NCBI GenBank assembly: GCA_038320275.1
Contig: JBBQEB010000069.1
Location: 1 to 18,924 of the forward strand
DNA length: 18,924 nucleotides
Direction of reading: 5' to 3'
Source of the DNA: Myxococcales bacterium
Lineage (GTDB): Bacteria > Myxococcota > Myxococcia > Myxococcales > Anaeromyxobacteraceae
Positions within the stretch are counted from its first letter, which is position 1; each line of letters opens with the position of its first letter. Below the pieces are notes generated by a model. It worked only from the letters and a program-made list of their open reading frames with translations, did no database searches and was not told the DNA's origin. Shown here in pieces: positions 5,688 through 13,924 of this stretch. Position numbers and translations under genes: made by a program.

Positions 5688-7429
5688 AGCTTCACCTCGC
5701 CGGGGGCGGGGTCGACCTTGGCGACCTCAGGGGGGGGACTCATGCTCGGGATCCTGAGGAGGAAGGTGGTTCCCTTCCCGAGCTCACTCTCCACCTCGAT
5801 GGTCGCGCGGTGGCGCTGCACGATCCCGTACACCACCGAGAGGCCGAGCCCGGTGCCCTTCTCCTTGGTGGTGAAGAACGGATCGAAGATGTGCTGCAGG
5901 TGGTCCTTGGCGATGCCCGGGCCGGTGTCGGAGATGGCGAGCTCGGCCGCTCCGTCCGGCCCGACGCGGCTCTGGATGGTGAGCTTGCCACCTTTGGCCA
6001 TGGCCTGGCAGCCGTTCAGGGCCACGTTCACCACCGCCTGGCGGAGCTGCCCGAAGTCGGCCATGACGTGCGGAATGGAGGCTAGCCTCTTGTCGAGCGT
6101 GAGCCCCTGGATGGCGATCTGGTGCGCGATGAGCTGGAGCGCCTCCTCCACCACGCCGTTCAGGCTGACCTCCACCAGGGACAGGGGCCGGTCGCGGGCG
6201 AAGTCCAGCAAGTTCCGGACGATGGCACTGCACCGCTCCGTCTCGCGCTCGACCAGGGCGAGGTTCCGGATGAGGAGCTTCCGGGTGGGCTCGTCCGGCG
6301 CGCCGCCCTCCAGCGTCCGGATGACGAGCTTCGCGAAGGTGAGGATGCCCGCGAGCGGGTTGTTGATCTCGTGGGCGATGGACGCCGAGAGCCGTCCCAG
6401 GCTCGACAGCTTCTCCGATTGGACCAGCGCCGCCTGGGCCTTCCTGAGCTCGGAGGTGCGGTCCTCGACCTGCTTTTCGAGGCCTTGCATGAGGTCGCGC
6501 AGCTCACCTTCCGCCTGCCGCAGCGATCGGGTCATGTCGTTGAAGGATGCGGCGAGGAGGCCCAGCTCGCCGCGCGAGCCGATCTGGATCTGCGTGTCGA
6601 GCTGATCGCCGGCGACCCGGCGGGTCGCGTCGAGGAGGGCCTGCACCGGCCGCACCACCTGGAAACGCGCGAACACGAAGAAGAAGCCCGAGAGGACGAT
6701 CACCGCCACCGCGGTCAGGCCCAGGCTCGAGCGCCGGAAAGCGCTCACCTTGGCGTCCACCGGGGCGAGCGACAGGCTGACGTCGAGCAAGCCGAGGACG
6801 TCCTGGTTCGGGTCGTGGGCGTGGCACTCGGCGGTGAAGCAGCGCCGCTCGTTGCGGATGGGGGTGACGAGACCGAGCACCCGGTGGTCGTTGCGCTCGT
6901 AGAGCCGGGTGCGGGACAGCACGGAGGTGCCGGAGACCGCCTTTCCGTTCACGTGGCAGGGCTTGCAGCGCGCGTCGTCGAACCCGATGATCGTGCCGAC
7001 TCCGGCCCCGTCGGAGGAAAAAGCCACCCGCCCGTCCTTCGTGACCAGCCGGACGGTCTCGATGCCCTCCTGCCGGGCCACATCCCGCATGGTGTCGATG
7101 GCGTCGGCCTTGCGGTTCTCGAGCATGGCGCGCGTGGTCGCCTTCTCGATGGTGCTGCTGAAGAGCGCAGCTCCCGCGATCTGGCTCTCCAGGAGCTGAT
7201 CCGACATGCGGGCCTCGCCCAGCGCGAACATCGCGACGCCGGCGACCGCGAGCGCCATCGTCACGAAGAAAAGCTTCGTCTTGATGCGGTGCCGCCAGGG
7301 GATGATGCGCTCGAGCGGCGCCAGCGGGATCGGGCGTCCGAACGCCGGGGGGCGAGGCTGCTCTGCGGAGGGGTGGGGCGCCTGTGCGTCGGCGCTCGTT
7401 CCCTCCGGACGATCGTCCAGTTCTCCCAT
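5684..7429 (-). CDS. Membrane sensor histidine kinase with periplasmic heme-c motifs, HAMP, HisKA and HATPase domains
   Basis: Two TM helices flank a periplasmic domain containing CKPCH and CFTAECH. HAMP (ELGLLAASFNDMT), H-box AHEINNPL, N-box NGCQAM, DTGPGI, FDPFFTTK, GTGLGL. Exact start uncertain because of a Pro-rich N-terminus. Confidence 0.95.
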   Translation of the reverse strand: MGELDDRPEGTSADAQAPHPSAEQPRPPAFGRPIPLAPLERIIPWRHRIKTKLFFVTMALAVAGVAMFALGEARMSDQLLESQIAGAALFSSTIEKATTRAMLENRKADAIDTMRDVARQEGIETVRLVTKDGRVAFSSDGAGVGTIIGFDDARCKPCHVNGKAVSGTSVLSRTRLYERNDHRVLGLVTPIRNERRCFTAECHAHDPNQDVLGLLDVSLSLAPVDAKVSAFRRSSLGLTAVAVIVLSGFFFVFARFQVVRPVQALLDATRRVAGDQLDTQIQIGSRGELGLLAASFNDMTRSLRQAEGELRDLMQGLEKQVEDRTSELRKAQAALVQSEKLSSLGRLSASIAHEINNPLAGILTFAKLVIRTLEGGAPDEPTRKLLIRNLALVERETERCSAIVRNLLDFARDRPLSLVEVSLNGVVEEALQLIAHQIAIQGLTLDKRLASIPHVMADFGQLRQAVVNVALNGCQAMAKGGKLTIQSRVGPDGAAELAISDTGPGIAKDHLQHIFDPFFTTKEKGTGLGLSVVYGIVQRHRATIEVESELGKGTTFLLRIPSMSPPPEVAKVDPAPGEVKL

Positions 7430-7609
7430 GGTGACCCCTGACCCACCCTCTTGGCAGGACCACCGTGCGCCGGCGCCGACAGCGGAGCCTTGCTCTCGAT
7501 CAAGCCGCGACAGAGAACCGCACCATCCGGGTGCCTGAGGTTTCGACGTGAAGCTCGACGTCGCCGACCGCGGCGGAGCTTCGATGGGTGGCCAGGCCCT
7601 CTCTTCCGC

Positions 7610-8050
7610 TCAATGCTGGGGCATTCGACGGACGAGGCATTCGGCGGAGGCGGGGCAGAGGGTCTGGAGCTCCTCGGTGCGGCAGATCGTCTCGGGCACC
7701 TCGTCCCGGGACACGGTGTTGAAGCCCAGCAGGCCGAACCAGGCTGCCGCGGTGGTGGTCAGGACGAAGAGTCGCTCGACCCCCAGCTCCCGGGCGCGCC
7801 CGATGACCGTCGCATACAGGCGGCGGGCGAGCCCGCGGCCCCGCTGCTCGGGGGCCACCGCGAGCGATCGCAGGAGGGCGTCCGTCCCGTGAACCTCGAG
7901 CCCCAGCACCCCGACCATGCGTCCGTCGTCCCGCGCCACGGTGAACGTCTCGAGGTGCGGGGCGATGTCCTCGTGCGGCAGCCCCGCAGACGCCAGCAGC
8001 GCGGCGATCTCCGGGTGGTCCCTGTCCGAGGCGCGGGCGAAGTGCTCCAT
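7610..8050 (-). CDS. arsN2: GNAT N-acetyltransferase, ArsN2-like
   Basis: LLASAGLP, GLEVHG..ALLRSLAV.PEQRGRGLA, LTTTA..WF..LGF, and C-terminal LCPASA typical of ArsN2. Confidence 0.82.
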   Translation of the reverse strand: MEHFARASDRDHPEIAALLASAGLPHEDIAPHLETFTVARDDGRMVGVLGLEVHGTDALLRSLAVAPEQRGRGLARRLYATVIGRARELGVERLFVLTTTAAAWFGLLGFNTVSRDEVPETICRTEELQTLCPASAECLVRRMPQH

Positions 8051-8056
8051 GCGCTG

Positions 8057-8085
8057 AACCTACGAGGCCTGTGAAGAAGCGCCAA
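8057..8085 (-). promoter_or_regulatory. Putative sigma70 promoter giving a leaderless arsN2 mRNA
   Basis: TTGGCG (8085-8080), 17 nt, TAGGTT (8062-8057), 6 nt, ATG. No Shine-Dalgarno sequence. Confidence 0.5.
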
Positions 8086-8138
8086 GCACCACGTTCGCAC
8101 GTCAGGGAAGCCAGGGACGAACCTCGGGCTGCTCCCCA

Positions 8139-8555
8139 TCAGCGCCCCGGCTCCTCGCCCGGGTACTGGGGCGCGCCGTCGAGGATGTCGAACCACTCTG
8201 CCTTGGAGGCGACGTGGATGTGCGCCGCTGGGCGTGCCGCGAGCTTCGTGTCGAGCGCGCCGATGCGCAGCCGGACCACGCCCGGCTTGTCGTCGCGCCG
8301 GCTGAGGATGGGCGATCCGCAGCGGGGGCAGAAGCAGCGCCACTTGCCCGGCGACGAAGGGTACGAGGCGAGCACCTCCTCTCCCCGCAGGAAGCGAAAG
8401 CCCTCCGCGGGGACGGGCGCGTTCGTGGCGAAGGCCGTCCCCTGCGCCTTCCTGCACATGGTGCAGTGGCAGCAGACGACGGGGCCGAGCTCGGTTCGAA
8501 CCTCGTAAGCGATGGCGCCGCAGAGACAGCTCCCTCGCAGCATCTCGGTAATCAC
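8139..8555 (-). CDS. GFA/CENP-V family zinc-binding protein
   Basis: GSCLCGAI, CCHCTMCRK, SSPGKWRCFCPRCGS and HIHVASKAEW motifs. Start placed at GTG 8555 (AAGGAG 7 nt upstream). ATG 8543 is an alternative. Confidence 0.9.
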   Translation of the reverse strand: MITEMLRGSCLCGAIAYEVRTELGPVVCCHCTMCRKAQGTAFATNAPVPAEGFRFLRGEEVLASYPSSPGKWRCFCPRCGSPILSRRDDKPGVVRLRIGALDTKLAARPAAHIHVASKAEWFDILDGAPQYPGEEPGR

Positions 8556-8651
8556 GTTGCCGCTCCTTGGTACGAGTTGACGCAGCGCGCCGCGTTGACG
8601 CAATGCGCTAATTACGCGCGCCGGCTCCACTATCCTGGTTTGCCGCAGACG

Positions 8652-8680
8652 TTGACACACACCCTTCGTGCCCGCATCCT
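8652..8680 (+). promoter_or_regulatory. Putative sigma70 promoter of the TRAP operon
   Basis: Perfect TTGACA (8652-8657), 17 nt, CATCCT (8675-8680), about 70 nt before the dctP start. Confidence 0.55.
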
Positions 8681-8752
8681 CCTCCACCGCACCCCACCTT
8701 CGAGAGACGGCGCTCATCCGACGGGGCGCGTCCGCGCTCCGGGAGAACGACC

Positions 8753-9775
8753 ATGCCGGTCACACGCCGTCAGTTCGTGCTGGGCATCGCCGCCGTCCCT
8801 GCTGCTACGATGCTGGGCCGCGTCAGCGCCGCTGCGCCCCGCGCGCTCAAGATCTCCCACCAATTCCCCGGCGGGACCGCCGACCAGGGCGATTTCCGCG
8901 ACAGGCTCTGCCGGAAATTCGCCGCCGAGATCGAGAAGCGCAGCAACGGCGCGCTGAAGGGTGAGGTGTACGCGGGCTCGTCGCTCATGAAGACGAACGC
9001 CCAGTACAACGCCATGCGCCGCGGCGCGCTCGATTGCTCACTCTTGCCCATTTCCTACGCGGGTGGGGAGGTGCCCGAGTTCAACCTCGGGCTCATGCCC
9101 GGGCTCGTGACCTCGTACGAGCAGGGGGTGAAGTGGAAGGGGTCGGAAGCGGGCCAGGCCTTCGGGAGCGTGATGGCGGACAAGGGCCTCGTGGCGCTCT
9201 CCTGGGTCTGGCAGGCGGGCGGCGTGGCGAGCCGCGGCAACGCCATCATCGACCCGGAGGACTCGAAGGGCATGAAGGTCCGCGGCGGCAGCCGAGAGAT
9301 GGACATGGTCCTCAAGGCGGCGGGCGCCGCGGTCATCTCGCTTCCCTCCAACGAGGTGTACCAGGCCATGCAGACGGGCGCTCTCGACGCGGCGATGACC
9401 TCATCGACGAGCCTCATCTCCTTCCGGCTGGAGGAGGTGAGCAAGGCGCTCACCACCGGCCGTGGCAGGGCCTACTGGTTCATGTTCGAGCCACTCGTCA
9501 TCTCGCGGATCGTTTTCGAGAGCCTCCCCAAGGACCTGCAGGCCGTCGTGACCAGCGTGGGCTCCGAGCTGGAGAAGTTCGCTTACGACGGCGCCCGGGC
9601 GGACGACGACGCCATCGCCAAGATCTACGAGAAGGCTGGCGCGAAGGTGCACGACCTGTCGGCCGCCACCGTTGCCAAGTGGCAGGCGATCGCGCGCGAC
9701 ACTGCCTGGAAGGACTACGCCGCGAAGAGCCCGCGGTGCGCGAAGCTGCTCGCGCTGACGGAGAAGACGTTGTGA
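8753..9775 (+). CDS. dctP: TRAP transporter substrate-binding protein DctP
   Basis: Tat-like signal TRRQFV. FAAEIEKRSNG.LK.EVY..SSL, GMKVRG (conserved carboxylate-binding Arg), EVYQAMQTGALDA. GGGAG RBS. Confidence 0.93.
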   Translation: MPVTRRQFVLGIAAVPAATMLGRVSAAAPRALKISHQFPGGTADQGDFRDRLCRKFAAEIEKRSNGALKGEVYAGSSLMKTNAQYNAMRRGALDCSLLPISYAGGEVPEFNLGLMPGLVTSYEQGVKWKGSEAGQAFGSVMADKGLVALSWVWQAGGVASRGNAIIDPEDSKGMKVRGGSREMDMVLKAAGAAVISLPSNEVYQAMQTGALDAAMTSSTSLISFRLEEVSKALTTGRGRAYWFMFEPLVISRIVFESLPKDLQAVVTSVGSELEKFAYDGARADDDAIAKIYEKAGAKVHDLSAATVAKWQAIARDTAWKDYAAKSPRCAKLLALTEKTL

Positions 9776-10341
9776 GGGCGGAGGGCGGGCTTGGACAGCT
9801 GCCACTCCAGAACGAGAGCCCCGCGCCGCGTCCCCGTGCCGAGAGCCGCCTGGGGCTCGCCGTCCGCGCCATCGCCTACCTGAACGACAAGCTGCTCGTC
9901 CTGTCGATGATCGCGCTCGTGCTCGGCGGCGCCATCCTGTCGCTCGGGGTGCTCCTGCGCTACTTCCTCAAGATCCCAACCGACTGGCAGGACGAGGCCT
10001 CGGTCTTCCTCCTCGTGGGAGCGACCTTCCTGAGCGGCGCGTACGTGCAATCGTACCGCGGACACGTCGCCATCGAGGCGTTCGCGCACCTTCTTCCGCC
10101 GGGCGTGAACCGGGTGCGGATGTTCCTCGTCGATCTCATCGCCGCGGCCTTCTGCGGGTTCTTCGCCTGGAAGTCCTGGACGCTCTTCCACGAGGCGCTC
10201 GTCGATCACCAGACCACCACCTCGACCTGGTCTCCCCCGCTCGCGATTCCGTACGGCTGCATGTCGCTCGGGATGACGCTCCTGACGGTGCAGATCGCCC
10301 TGCAGCTGGCGACCCGCTTCACGAAGCACGAGCGGCCGTGA
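9772..10341 (+). CDS. dctQ: TRAP transporter small permease DctQ
   Basis: Four TM helices. VLLRYF..PTDWQDE and GHVAIE motifs. GTG at 9772 overlaps the dctP stop (GTGA). The 9034 start in the ORF track is an overextension. Confidence 0.88.
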   Translation: MRAEGGLGQLPLQNESPAPRPRAESRLGLAVRAIAYLNDKLLVLSMIALVLGGAILSLGVLLRYFLKIPTDWQDEASVFLLVGATFLSGAYVQSYRGHVAIEAFAHLLPPGVNRVRMFLVDLIAAAFCGFFAWKSWTLFHEALVDHQTTTSTWSPPLAIPYGCMSLGMTLLTVQIALQLATRFTKHERP

Positions 10342-11687
10342 GCACCGCGACCATCGGCATGCTCTACGGAGCAGGCACCCTCTTCGTCATGTTCCTGGGG
10401 GTGCCGATCGCGTTCGCGCTAGGGTCCGTCGCCGTCGTCTTCATGTACTTCTTCATGCCGGCCTCCTCCCTCGACACGGTGACTCAGAACGTTTACGAGG
10501 AGATGGCGAGCATCACCCTCCTCTCCATCCCCCTCTTCATCCTGAAGGGCGCCGCGATCGGGAAGTCGCCGGCCGGGAAGGACCTCTACAGCGCAATCCA
10601 CGTGTGGGTGCAGAAGATCCCCGGCGGGCTCGGGATCGCGAACGTCTTCGCCTGCGCGCTCTTCGCCGCGATGGCTGGTTCGAGCCCCGCAACCTGCTCC
10701 GCCATCGGGACCGCCGGCATCCCCGAGATGCGCATGCGCGGTTACTCGGGGCGATTCGCGGCGGGCATCATCGCGGCCGGCGGAACGCTCGGCATCCTCC
10801 TTCCGCCCTCCATCACGATGATCCTGTACGCAGTCGCCTCCGAGCAGTCCCTGGGCAGGCTTTTTCTCGCGGGGATCGGCCCCGCCACGCTGCTCGTCCT
10901 CCTCTTCTCCGGTTACGCGGTGTACCGGTACAAGAAGGAGTACCAGCTGGCGCGGCTCGCGTACGACGCGGGTGGCGACAAGTCGGCCTACCTCAACGAC
11001 GAGACGTTCACGCTGCGCGAAAAGCTGAGGATCCTCCCGCGCGTGCTTCCCTTCGTCATCCTCCTCACCGGCGTCATGATCGCGCTCTACGGCGGCTATG
11101 CCACGCCCTCCGAGACGGCCGGCCTCGGCGCGCTGCTCGCGTTCGTGCTCATCGCCATCGTCTACAAGATCTGGCGCCCCCGGGACATCAAGCCCATCCT
11201 GGCGAGCACGCTGAAGGACTCGACCATGCTGATGTTCATCATCGGCATGTCGCTCCTCTACTCGTACGTGATGAGTTATCTGCACATCAGCCAATCGGCG
11301 GCGGAGTGGGTGGTACACTTCGGAGTCTCGAAGTGGGTGCTGCTCGCCGCCATCCTGGTCATGGTGGTGGTCCTCGGCTTCTTCCTGCCGCCCGTCTCCA
11401 TCATCCTCATGACCGCACCCATCATCCTCCCGCCGCTCCGCGCCGCCGGTTTCGACCTCGTCTGGTTTGGCGTGGTGATGACCATCGTCATGGAGATGGG
11501 GCTCATCCACCCGCCGGTCGGGCTCAACATCTTCGTCATCAAGAACGTGGCCCCCGACATCCCGCTCCACGAGGTGGTGTGGGGGGTGGTGCCCTTCGTC
11601 GGGCTCATGATCGTGGCCGTACTGCTTCTGTGCTGGTTCCCCGGGATCGCCACCGGGCTCCCGTCCCTGGTCATGACACGGAACTGA
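10338..11687 (+). CDS. dctM: TRAP transporter large permease DctM
   Basis: GVPIAFALG, LLSIPLFIL, GSSPAT, GGTLGILLPPSI, TPSETA and IHPPVGLN motifs. About 11-12 TM segments. Confidence 0.95.
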   Translation: MSTATIGMLYGAGTLFVMFLGVPIAFALGSVAVVFMYFFMPASSLDTVTQNVYEEMASITLLSIPLFILKGAAIGKSPAGKDLYSAIHVWVQKIPGGLGIANVFACALFAAMAGSSPATCSAIGTAGIPEMRMRGYSGRFAAGIIAAGGTLGILLPPSITMILYAVASEQSLGRLFLAGIGPATLLVLLFSGYAVYRYKKEYQLARLAYDAGGDKSAYLNDETFTLREKLRILPRVLPFVILLTGVMIALYGGYATPSETAGLGALLAFVLIAIVYKIWRPRDIKPILASTLKDSTMLMFIIGMSLLYSYVMSYLHISQSAAEWVVHFGVSKWVLLAAILVMVVVLGFFLPPVSIILMTAPIILPPLRAAGFDLVWFGVVMTIVMEMGLIHPPVGLNIFVIKNVAPDIPLHEVVWGVVPFVGLMIVAVLLLCWFPGIATGLPSLVMTRN

Positions 11688-11697
11688 GCGAGGAACG

Positions 11698-12882
11698 ATG
11701 GCCCCTACTTTGCGTGTGCTCGACCTCACCCAGGCCATGGCCGGGCCGTACTGCGCGATGCTGCTCGGCGACTTCGGCGCCGAGGTCATCAAGATCGAGC
11801 GGCCCGGCACCGGAGACCAGGCCCGCGGCTGGGGCCCGCCCTTCACGCACGGAGAGTCCACCTACTTCCTCTCCACCAACCGCAACAAGCGCTCCCTCAC
11901 GCTGAACCTCGACGCGCCCGAGGGCGTGGAGGTGCTGCACGCCCTCGCCCGCGAGGCGGACGTGTTCCTCGTGAACCAGCCCTCGCTGGCCTCGCTGGTG
12001 AAGCGGCGCATCGACTACGACAGCCTGCGCGCGCTGAACCCGCGGCTCGTCTACTGCTCCATCACTGGGTACGGCTTCACCGGACCCAAGGCGGAATGGC
12101 CCGGCTACGACCTCATCGCTCAGGGCGAGGCGGGCCTCATGAGCTTCACCGGCGCCGAGGGCGGTGAGCCGATGAAGTACCCCATCCCCATCGCCGATAT
12201 CACCACCGGTGTCTATGCGGCCTTGGGCGTGCTCGCCGCCCTGAACGCCCGCCACGAGACCGGGCGGGGGCAGTTCATCGACCTCGCGCTCTTCGACGCC
12301 CAGATGACCTGGCTCAGCCACGTGGGGAGCGATTACCTCAACGTGAAGGCGACCCCGCGCCGGATGGGAAACGCGCACGCCAGCATCGTCCCGTACCAGG
12401 TCGTCCGCGCGAAGAACGCCCACATGACCATCGCGGTGGGGACGGAGGGCCTCTGGAAGCGCTTCTGCGCCGTGGTGGGCATCGAGGACACCCTCGGCGC
12501 GGACCCGCGCTTCGCCACCAACCGGCTGCGCAACGAGAACCGGGCCGTCCTGATGCCCCTCCTGCAGGACATCCTCGTGCAGCGCACCGCCGAGGAGTGG
12601 CTTCCCCTCCTGGAAAAAGCTGACATCCCATGCGGCCGGATCAACACCGTCGAGCAGGCGCTCGAGGACCCCCAGGCGCTGGCCCGCGGCACGGTGGTGG
12701 AGCTCGCGCACCCGCTGCTCGGCGTCGCGCGCAGCGTGGGCAACCCGGTGAAGCTGAGTGAGACCGCCGTCACGTACCGCAGGCACCCGCCGACCCTTGG
12801 CGAGCACACCTCCGAAATTCTTCGGGAGCTGGGGCATTCCGACGCGCACATCGCCGACCTCCGCGAGAAGGGCGTGGTGTAG
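11698..12882 (+). CDS. Family III CoA-transferase (CaiB/BaiF/Frc family)
   Basis: RVLDLTQAMAGPYC..LLGDFGAEVIKIE, NRNKRS, NPRLVYCSITGYG.TGP, GYD, PIADITTG (catalytic Asp), PPTLGEHT. Confidence 0.95.
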   Translation: MAPTLRVLDLTQAMAGPYCAMLLGDFGAEVIKIERPGTGDQARGWGPPFTHGESTYFLSTNRNKRSLTLNLDAPEGVEVLHALAREADVFLVNQPSLASLVKRRIDYDSLRALNPRLVYCSITGYGFTGPKAEWPGYDLIAQGEAGLMSFTGAEGGEPMKYPIPIADITTGVYAALGVLAALNARHETGRGQFIDLALFDAQMTWLSHVGSDYLNVKATPRRMGNAHASIVPYQVVRAKNAHMTIAVGTEGLWKRFCAVVGIEDTLGADPRFATNRLRNENRAVLMPLLQDILVQRTAEEWLPLLEKADIPCGRINTVEQALEDPQALARGTVVELAHPLLGVARSVGNPVKLSETAVTYRRHPPTLGEHTSEILRELGHSDAHIADLREKGVV

Positions 12883-12985
12883 CGGGGGAGTGGAGCACCG
12901 GATCCGCGCCGTGAGGGTGCCGGAGCTGCCGCGCAGAAGGCGCGCGGAGACGGGCCGCTGAGGCGGAGCGGCGCTAACATCCGCC

Positions 12986-13849
12986 GTGCCCCACGCTCCT
13001 CGCGCCATCCTCCTCATCCGTTGCCCCGACGGGCCAGGCATCGTGGCAGCCGTCTCCGGCTTCCTCTTCGCGCACGGCGCGAACATCACCGATCTCGACC
13101 AGCACTCGACGGACAGCCCCCCCGCGTCTTACTTCATGCGGCTCGAGCTGCAGACGGACGCGCTCGACGTGCCGCTCGACACCCTGCGCGAGCGCTTCGA
13201 CGAGGCGATCGCGCGGCCGTTCGGGATGGCCTGGCGGCTCGCTGCGGCGGACGAGCGCAAGAAGGTCGCCGTCCTGGTCTCCCGGCACGACCACGCCCTC
13301 TTGGAGCTCCTGTGGGAGTGGCGGCGCGGCGAGCTCCGCGCCGACCTCACCTGCGTCGTCTCCAACCACCCCGACCTGCGCGAGGCGGTGGAAGGATTCG
13401 GCGTACCCTTTCACCACATCCCGAACGGCGCCGGGGTGCGCGGCGAGGCGGAGGCGCGCATGCTCGAGCTCCTGGAGGGGCGCGCCGACCTTTTGGTCCT
13501 CGCGCGCTACATGCAGATCCTCTCTCCGGCCTTCCTGGCGCGCTTCCCCGGTCGGACGCTCAACATCCACCACTCCTTCCTGCCCGCCTTCGCCGGGGCC
13601 GATCCGTACCGACAGGCCTGGGAGCGCGGCGTGAAGATCGTCGGCGCGACCGCGCACTACGTGACGGAGGAGCTCGACGCCGGCCCCATCATCGAGCAGG
13701 ACGTCGCGCGCGTCTCCCACCGGCAGGACGTGGAGGACCTCCGCCGCATGGGGCGGGACCTCGAGCGGCGCGTGCTCGCGCGCGCGGTGAAGTGGCACCT
13801 CGAGGACCGGGTGATCGTCCACGGCAACAAGACCGTGGTGTTCGCGTGA
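12986..13849 (+). CDS. purU: Formyltetrahydrofolate deformylase
   Basis: N-terminal ACT domain (CPDGPGIVAAVS), VVSNHPDL, LARYMQILS, NIHHSFLPAF.GA.PY.QA..RGVK..GATAHYVT.ELDAGPIIEQD, NKTVVF. Confidence 0.97.
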   Translation: MPHAPRAILLIRCPDGPGIVAAVSGFLFAHGANITDLDQHSTDSPPASYFMRLELQTDALDVPLDTLRERFDEAIARPFGMAWRLAAADERKKVAVLVSRHDHALLELLWEWRRGELRADLTCVVSNHPDLREAVEGFGVPFHHIPNGAGVRGEAEARMLELLEGRADLLVLARYMQILSPAFLARFPGRTLNIHHSFLPAFAGADPYRQAWERGVKIVGATAHYVTEELDAGPIIEQDVARVSHRQDVEDLRRMGRDLERRVLARAVKWHLEDRVIVHGNKTVVFA

Positions 13850-13924
13850 GGGTCCGCGGGCGTCGTCGACGCGGGCCCACAGCGGGTCGGGTCGCGAGGG
13901 TCGGGAGTGCCGACAGCCCAGGCG

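Noticed and set aside
4275..6605. 776-aa plus-strand ORF and other long antisense ORFs (1475-2896, 2655-3710, 6122-7441, 10419-11861, 11671-13089)
   Set aside because: They lie opposite well-supported genes, have no recognisable motifs, and are typical shadow frames of high-GC coding DNA.
7544..7560. CGACGT-GAAGC-TCGACG upstream of the kinase as a fourth activator box
   Set aside because: Two mismatches, a single copy, no convincing -24/-12 element nearby, and TCGACG is common in this sequence.
8687..8752. Riboswitch in the dctP leader
   Set aside because: The leader is short and I recognise no aptamer motifs.
13850..13924. Bidirectional terminator between the convergent purU and ABC permease genes
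   Set aside because: Only short GC stems are present, without U-tracts.
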